A stretch of 20,000 bases of DNA, taken from the IMG/VR virus record IMGVR_UViG_3300049571_000412, one strand, 5' to 3'. The translations under genes and the position numbers were made by a program. The notes beneath the pieces are model-generated. The model searched no databases, was not told the origin of the DNA, and worked only from the letters and a program-made list of their open reading frames with translations. Source of the stretch: an uncultured virus (IMG/VR IMGVR_UViG_3300049571_000412) (lineage: Duplodnaviria > Heunggongvirae > Uroviricota > Caudoviricetes). This document shows, in pieces, positions 15,008 through 20,000 of the stretch; position 1 is the stretch's first letter, and each line of letters opens with the position of its first letter.

Positions 15008-15051
15008 GCTTCACACGCGAGAGGTCGCTGGTTCGAAACCAGCCGTGCCCA
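15008..15051 (+). mobile_element. att core: 3' half of tRNA-Val(CAC), marking the right prophage boundary
   Basis: GC-TTCACAC-GCGAG-AGGTC-GCTGG TTCGAAA CCAGC-CGTGCCC-A. Anticodon loop, T arm and 3' acceptor strand are present. The 5' acceptor strand (GGGCACG) and D arm are absent. Confidence 0.88.
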
Positions 15052-15059
15052 TGGCCCAC

Positions 15060-15115
15060 AAACCGCATGAGAGCTGGCGATGCGCGGTTTCGAGGCTCGA
15101 CGCGGGAAGAGCCTC
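15060..15115 (+). terminator. Two hairpins just after the tRNA 3' end
   Basis: AAACCGC/GCGGTTT (15060-15066/15084-15090) and GAGGCTC/GAGCCTC (15092-15098/15109-15115). Confidence 0.4.
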
Positions 15116-15117
15116 AC

Positions 15118-15147
15118 TTGACCCCATGGGGTCATTCGTGGGGTCAA
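15118..15147. repeat. Putative integrase arm-type sites of a second element
   Basis: TGGGGTCA at 15127 and 15139 (12-bp period), plus inverted TGACCCCA at 15119. Confidence 0.6.
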
Positions 15148-15417
15148 TCAAAGGCGCAATGGCCCAGGCGAGCAGATCGCGGCCCGCTTCGACGCCGCTC
15201 AGAGAGCCAAATCCGTGACGCCGAAGTCGATCCTTCTCGGTGATGCGTCGACACGAATGCGAGAGGTCTCTGACTCGAGATCCCCAGCCAAATGCAGGCG
15301 CGAGAGCAACAGCACCCGGCGACGACCCGGCTGATCGCTTCGGCGACGCAGACCGGCCCTGGCCGCCCTCGCACTCGGGCAGAATCAGATGCGGACCCCG
15401 GTGCAAACGGTTTTCCG

Positions 15418-18400
15418 TCAGGGTAGGGAGGCGTCGATCACAGACGCCCGGATGTCGAGTCCACCGTCGTCACTGAGCTCGCCCGCCTGAGCGTCGAAGA
15501 AGGAGCGCGCCGAGGAGACAGTGGGAAAGGTGGACTGATGACGTCGAGAGTCGCTCTCGGCCCAGTCCTCGCGGGGGAACCAGAAGACCAGGTAGACGGC
15601 ATGGTCGATTCCGGTCTCCGGCATATACCCCTCCGCCAGCTGGGACTTCATTTTCGTTTTTATCTGCGGCTCCCAGGAGCCCTTCACCTCGATCAAGACC
15701 CGGAGGCGCTCGGCTCCTTGAGTCGGGGACGAGGCGCTGACGAGAAGGTCGGCGCTCTTCCCGCGCCCTTTTCCGCCACCCCTGACCAGGTTCTCCCGCG
15801 TCACCTCATAGGCGGGGCCGAGCACATTTCTGAGTTGACCGACGAGCCAGTTGCTGAGATGGCCCTCGTCTTTCGGCGTGTTCTCGGGCCGGGTATTCCA
15901 GAGCTCGGCGGCAAGCGGCGGAAGTCCGATCTGGACGAGACGGCCGACTTCCCCGAGAGCCGTCTTCACCCGCCCCACGAGATCTGCCGAGGTCCTCGGC
16001 CGGGCATCGCTGCCGGACACGATCCGCACCACGTCGGCGGGACTCGGCGCCGGGGTCCGCGATCGACGGGCGTCCTTGGCATTGCGGAGTGCGAAACGCA
16101 GGGAGATCGTCTCGAAGGTGGCATAAAGGTCTTCGATCGCCTCGACTGCGATGGAGGTCCCGCGTGCGGCCAGGACACTCAAGATGCCGTTGCGGAGCTG
16201 GCGCCCGCTCTCGAGGGGGGAGACGAAATGGGCCCCGGCCTGGAGCGGCGGATCGCTCGCCTCGGGGAGCGTTCGGAATACCCAGTTCGCGAACTCGGCA
16301 AGGTCCTCGTCGGGCATCTCGGAGGCAATGTTGTTCCGTTCGCGGTGGGCGAGCTCCAAGAACGCCTCTTTGCCGATCTCAGGCGAGCGATCGAATAGGT
16401 CGGAGAGCTCCGGCCAGGCCAAGCCGGGTCGATCGGCCAGCAGACGGGAGGCGACCGCCACCACGACCTTCTCCACCTCCTCGTCCGGTGGGTCCACGTC
16501 GGAACGTCGGAGCCAGTCCCGGGCGACGGCGAGGGCGGCCTCCGTGTCCTGGGCGAGCAGGAACCCGAGGAGATCATTCGCGGATGTCGCCTTGATGGCG
16601 GGATCCGCGAAGCGGCCCGAGATCCGATCGATCAACTCGCGCGGCGTCGAGCTTCCCAGCCGGCGGACGAACCAGATCCCGCCCTCTCCATCGGCCGCTT
16701 CGGAGGTGATCTTTCGGTCCACCCAGTCGGTGAAGGCGCCGGGCGCGGCCTTCATCGCGGCGTCGAGGAGCACGGCGTGAAGGCGATCCTCGCTCGGATA
16801 TGCGATGGGAAAAGCCACCACGATCGACATCCAGCGCCGCCAGGTCCCGGCCGAGATGACCGAAGTTCCCTCTGGCTCGATCTTCGCCAGCAGATGGAGA
16901 GCGCGGTAGCCGGCGAAGGGCTGGCGGTCGATCGCGCGCGCATCGAACCAGCTCTCGGGATCGGTCGGCTCCCCCTCTAGATAGGTCTTCGCCGCCGCAA
17001 GCATGCGCGCCCGTTGAGCGGCCGAGCTTCGCTGCCAGCCCGGGGTCAGCGTAAGATCGGCCTCGAGTTCGCCACCGGAGAAGGCGTGCCCGTACTCGTC
17101 GAACTGGAGGACGACGTTGAGGCGCCACCAGGCGTCCCGGTCGCCCGACTCGGCAGCGTCGAGGTAGCCCTCGATCTCCTCGTCTATCTCGGAGCGTTGA
17201 TCGCGAAGTTCAGGGTCGATCCCCGCGTTGGCGCGTTCGTTTTCTCGCAGGCTGTCTGCAAGCTTGGAATCGAGCTCGATGGGCTCGAACCAATAGCCAA
17301 TTCGATGTCGCAGCCCCTCGCTGAGTCCACAGATGCGGTCCAGCGCCTCGAGCTGATCGTTCGCGAGGGGCGTGGAGAATGCGAAGCGGACGATGTCGGC
17401 CCAGGGGGCCTCAGCATCGGTGCCCAGTGCTGCCTCAAGACGTGTGAGTGCCCATGTCAGATCGTCAGAGCGCAGGAGCTTGGGATCGGTGGTCACGAGG
17501 CAGACCGCGGCGCCTTCCTCGGTGCCTAGATCGGGAACCAGCGCTTCGATCAAGCGTCGCCTGGCGGCAGGATCGTCGAGCGCGCCACACGGATCTTCGT
17601 TCGCGTCGGAGCTGAGTAGACCGACATGTGATTTCAGGCGCCCCGAAACGACGACCGCTACCAGCGACGCGATCTCGTCGTAGTCGGGGATGAGAGGCCA
17701 CGCGCGACAGAGGATCGCGTCGGAGAGCGAGTAGAGGTTGTCGGTCGGACGGTGTAGCGGCGCCAACGTCGCGCACCATCGAAGTGCCGTCGGCAGATCC
17801 TCGTCGCTCAGGGCTCGGGGTAGTTCGCGATGCAGGAAGCTCGAATAGGCGCCGATCAGATGGCGATTTCTGGGAGGGGTGAGCACGTCGAAGACCTGGT
17901 CGGCCGAGACGAGGTCAGGGAAGACGGCGCCGAGGGCAGTGCCCTTTATCTCGTCGTCATCGTCGTCCTCGATCCTCTCCAGCGCCAAGGGCACAAGGTG
18001 GCGGCGGCTGGCGAGGGAGCCGTAGTCGCGCAGCGCCCAGACGCCGTCGTCTCGGACCCATGCCGGTTGGGTGTCGTCCTGCGCGAGTCGGAGTAGAACG
18101 GGTTCGCAACCGCGGACCTCACAGACGCGGGCGATCGTGATCGCCAGACGACGGAGCGCCCAGTTCGTGTCGACGTCCGAGATCAAAGGGTTCAGTTGCT
18201 CTGCGATCGAAGGGTGATCGAGAGCGCCGAGGTTCCGCCAGATGCGCCGATCCCAACGCTCCAGTCGCTCGGCCGACTCGACGTTCAGGATCGCCGCGAT
18301 GACCTCGGCGCGTTGATCGTCGTCGAGTTCGAGTCGATCGACCCGTAGGAGCACCTCGGGCTCGGCGGCCAGAAGCTTCTTCAATATCGGACCGCTCAGC

Positions 18401-19635
18401 GCCGCCGCCCAGGCCGCCACCTCCCGGAACTCGGGCACCAGACGACCGTCTTGGTCACCGCTCGCGAAAAGGAGCCTCGAGAGCCCTTCGTCCGTCAGAT
18501 CCGCATTGGCGAGACATGCACCGGCGCAGTAGTCGGAGAGACTTCGGTGGGCAAAGCTCGCGACCCCGGGGACGGTCTGCGTGAAGAGCGCCGTGCGAAG
18601 CGTCTCGAGGAGCTTGTTCTCGGTCACCTCGAAAGATCTGGCCGCCCCACCGAGACGGTCGCGCGCATCGAAGCCGCGCAATTCGAGGGGGTCGACCTCG
18701 GTGGGTCCCGTGCGTCCGCTCACGAGTGCCACGCCTGAACGGCGGGACAGCAAGGTGGACGAGGCGATCCGCTCGGCCAGCGCCTGACGCTCGCCGAGGC
18801 CGGCGAGCTGGGCATGCTCGCTGGCGCGCCTCGAGCGATCGGGCTCTTCGAGAAGCTGAAGGACGCCCTTCTCATAGAGCGCGGCGCGGGTCGGTGGGAG
18901 CGAATCGTCTTCAATGGCGGCGGCGAGGAGCATCTTCAACGTCAGGGGCAGGGAGGCGAGGCCCTCGAGATCACGATCCCGGACTTCGGCGATGAAGCGA
19001 TCTGCGTCGAGACCCTCGCACCGGGCGGCCAACCGCACATCGAGCTCCCGCAACGGCGCGAGGCTCAACTCCTTCACCACCGAGTCCCCCGTCGTCGGCC
19101 AGATCTCGTGGAGGCCGGCGGTCAGCTCCGGTAGCCAGTCGGCGCTCCGACAGGCGATGCGCAGTCTCAACCGGTTGAGGGAGTCGGAAACCTCTTCGAA
19201 CTCGGAGAGGAGGAACTTGTGGATGCCGGGAAAGTGCAGCATCGCCTCGTCGAGACTGTCGAGAAATAGGTGGAAGCTCCTGCCCTCGGCGACCCAAGCG
19301 CGCCACTTCTCCCCTTCGATCAGTTTTGCGCGCAGGGAACCGGCGTCTGGGTAGCCGCCTAGATCGACGCGCTGAAGCAGAGGATGTTCGGGCGCGTCGG
19401 CGGAGTCCGTGACCATGTCCCGGATCGACTGGCTCTTGCCCAAGCCGGGCTCTCCGAGAAGTACGAGGCATGGCTCGTCACCCAGTTCACCCAGCTGGCT
19501 CGCCTCGATAGACGGGCGCATCCAGGTCACGTCGGCGGTCGGGTCGGGGAAGAATTCATCGGTGCCCAACCTCAGTCGCGCGTCTGGGGTGATCCAGAAG
19601 CGCTTCCAGTCGTAGTGGGCGGGGCCTTCCGTCAT
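15418..19635 (-). CDS. STAND/NACHT NTPase with helical-repeat region and C-terminal PD-(D/E)xK nuclease (Avs/bacterial NLR-like defence protein, ~1405 aa)
   Basis: Walker A LLGEPGLGKS, Walker B LFLDSLDE, IACR, PLTLKML and FAHRS, then a long HEAT-like region. C-terminal E...ADLLV...IEVKGSW...QL...Y...YLVFWF. Confidence 0.85.
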   Translation of the reverse strand: MTEGPAHYDWKRFWITPDARLRLGTDEFFPDPTADVTWMRPSIEASQLGELGDEPCLVLLGEPGLGKSQSIRDMVTDSADAPEHPLLQRVDLGGYPDAGSLRAKLIEGEKWRAWVAEGRSFHLFLDSLDEAMLHFPGIHKFLLSEFEEVSDSLNRLRLRIACRSADWLPELTAGLHEIWPTTGDSVVKELSLAPLRELDVRLAARCEGLDADRFIAEVRDRDLEGLASLPLTLKMLLAAAIEDDSLPPTRAALYEKGVLQLLEEPDRSRRASEHAQLAGLGERQALAERIASSTLLSRRSGVALVSGRTGPTEVDPLELRGFDARDRLGGAARSFEVTENKLLETLRTALFTQTVPGVASFAHRSLSDYCAGACLANADLTDEGLSRLLFASGDQDGRLVPEFREVAAWAAALSGPILKKLLAAEPEVLLRVDRLELDDDQRAEVIAAILNVESAERLERWDRRIWRNLGALDHPSIAEQLNPLISDVDTNWALRRLAITIARVCEVRGCEPVLLRLAQDDTQPAWVRDDGVWALRDYGSLASRRHLVPLALERIEDDDDDEIKGTALGAVFPDLVSADQVFDVLTPPRNRHLIGAYSSFLHRELPRALSDEDLPTALRWCATLAPLHRPTDNLYSLSDAILCRAWPLIPDYDEIASLVAVVVSGRLKSHVGLLSSDANEDPCGALDDPAARRRLIEALVPDLGTEEGAAVCLVTTDPKLLRSDDLTWALTRLEAALGTDAEAPWADIVRFAFSTPLANDQLEALDRICGLSEGLRHRIGYWFEPIELDSKLADSLRENERANAGIDPELRDQRSEIDEEIEGYLDAAESGDRDAWWRLNVVLQFDEYGHAFSGGELEADLTLTPGWQRSSAAQRARMLAAAKTYLEGEPTDPESWFDARAIDRQPFAGYRALHLLAKIEPEGTSVISAGTWRRWMSIVVAFPIAYPSEDRLHAVLLDAAMKAAPGAFTDWVDRKITSEAADGEGGIWFVRRLGSSTPRELIDRISGRFADPAIKATSANDLLGFLLAQDTEAALAVARDWLRRSDVDPPDEEVEKVVVAVASRLLADRPGLAWPELSDLFDRSPEIGKEAFLELAHRERNNIASEMPDEDLAEFANWVFRTLPEASDPPLQAGAHFVSPLESGRQLRNGILSVLAARGTSIAVEAIEDLYATFETISLRFALRNAKDARRSRTPAPSPADVVRIVSGSDARPRTSADLVGRVKTALGEVGRLVQIGLPPLAAELWNTRPENTPKDEGHLSNWLVGQLRNVLGPAYEVTRENLVRGGGKGRGKSADLLVSASSPTQGAERLRVLIEVKGSWEPQIKTKMKSQLAEGYMPETGIDHAVYLVFWFPREDWAESDSRRHQSTFPTVSSARSFFDAQAGELSDDGGLDIRASVIDASLP

Positions 19636-19642
19636 CGTGCCG

Positions 19643-19648
19643 AGACTA
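19643..19648 (-). promoter_or_regulatory. Putative -10 box for leaderless transcription of the STAND gene
   Basis: TAGTCT lies 7 nt before ATG 19635, with no SD sequence. Confidence 0.5.
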
Positions 19649-19874
19649 AGCCAGTACCTAGACGCCCGTCGCGGAGGATGGAAAGGGTCGGGGCCCCAGT
19701 CGAACTCCGCCGATCCACCCGGGACGATCGGCAAACGCTCTGCGCGATGACCAGGCAACCACACCGCCTCTTCTGGATGCGCTCGGCCTGGTAGTGCCAG
19801 GACTAGGCGCAGAAGATCGAGTCGTGCCGCGACGAAGGCGGATGTCCCTTGGCAGCCGAGGTACTGGACTGCGA

Positions 19875-20000
19875 CTAGTGACCTGAGTCGTTAATCCGCA
19901 GGCATCGGGCCTCCCGTGTCGAAGTCGTCGCCATCGCAAGCGACGATGGGAGGCCTGATGCCCCGACGTGTGGACGTGACGCTGAGCGAGGAGGACCGGG
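19875..20000 (+). mobile_element. Probable left end of an IS630-family element; transposase starts at ATG 19958
   Basis: CTAG/TA followed by GTGACCTGAGTCGTTAAT. GGGAGG RBS. N-terminus MPRRVDVTLSEEDR resembles IS630 transposases. Only 14 codons are visible. Confidence 0.55.

Larger units (their letters stand above)
14740..15051 (-). pseudogene. Probable 3' part of a gene split by integration (attP-spanning), ending in -EPIAA
   Basis: Frame is open for 103 codons from the att core (WARLVSNQRPLACEA...). No in-frame ATG/GTG/TTG until 14832. The last ~45 codons have strongly coding-like GC3. Confidence 0.5.

Noticed and set aside
14975..15051. Intact tRNA-Val(CAC) gene
   Set aside because: There is no 5' acceptor strand (GGGCACG) or D arm, and the anticodon stem pairs only 2 bp. 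It is an att remnant.
15011..15406. ORF ending in the att core (MGTAGFEPATSRV) as a split gene of the right-hand element
   Set aside because: Composition and codon pattern do not look coding, and there are no HTH or integrase motifs.
19636..19764. 43-codon N-terminal extension of the STAND gene
   Set aside because: There is no RBS at GTG 19764, and a -10 box 7 nt before ATG 19635 favours a leaderless start.
60..19794. Plus-strand and alternative-frame ORFs in the track (e.g. 644-1408, 1692-2483, 5703-7013, 12251-13159, 15538-16398)
   Set aside because: They are antisense or off-frame shadows of real high-GC genes, with no recognisable motifs.

Overview
High-GC, probably actinobacterial DNA with three parts. 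(1) 1-~15050 is the right arm of a prophage, all on the minus strand and often translationally coupled. In transcription order it carries small early/middle genes, a Spo0H/SigH-type sigma factor, a double-HTH regulator, an initiator-type tRNA-Met flanked by structured non-coding DNA, small and large terminase, a portal-MuF fusion, DUF3307, a 2H-phosphoesterase fused to an XkdF-type prohead protease, scaffold, capsid cement and major capsid. (2) The prophage ends at a 3' half of tRNA-Val(CAC) at 15008-15051 (att core). This core has a different set of arm-type repeats on each side, suggesting tandem integrated elements. A start-less open frame runs from the core into the prophage and ends in an ssrA-like -IAA. 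(3) 15418-19635 is a ~1405-aa STAND/NACHT NTPase with a C-terminal PD-(D/E)xK nuclease (Avs/bacterial NLR-like defence), followed by the left end of a probable IS630 element. All calls come from motif recognition by eye; no searches or folding were run.
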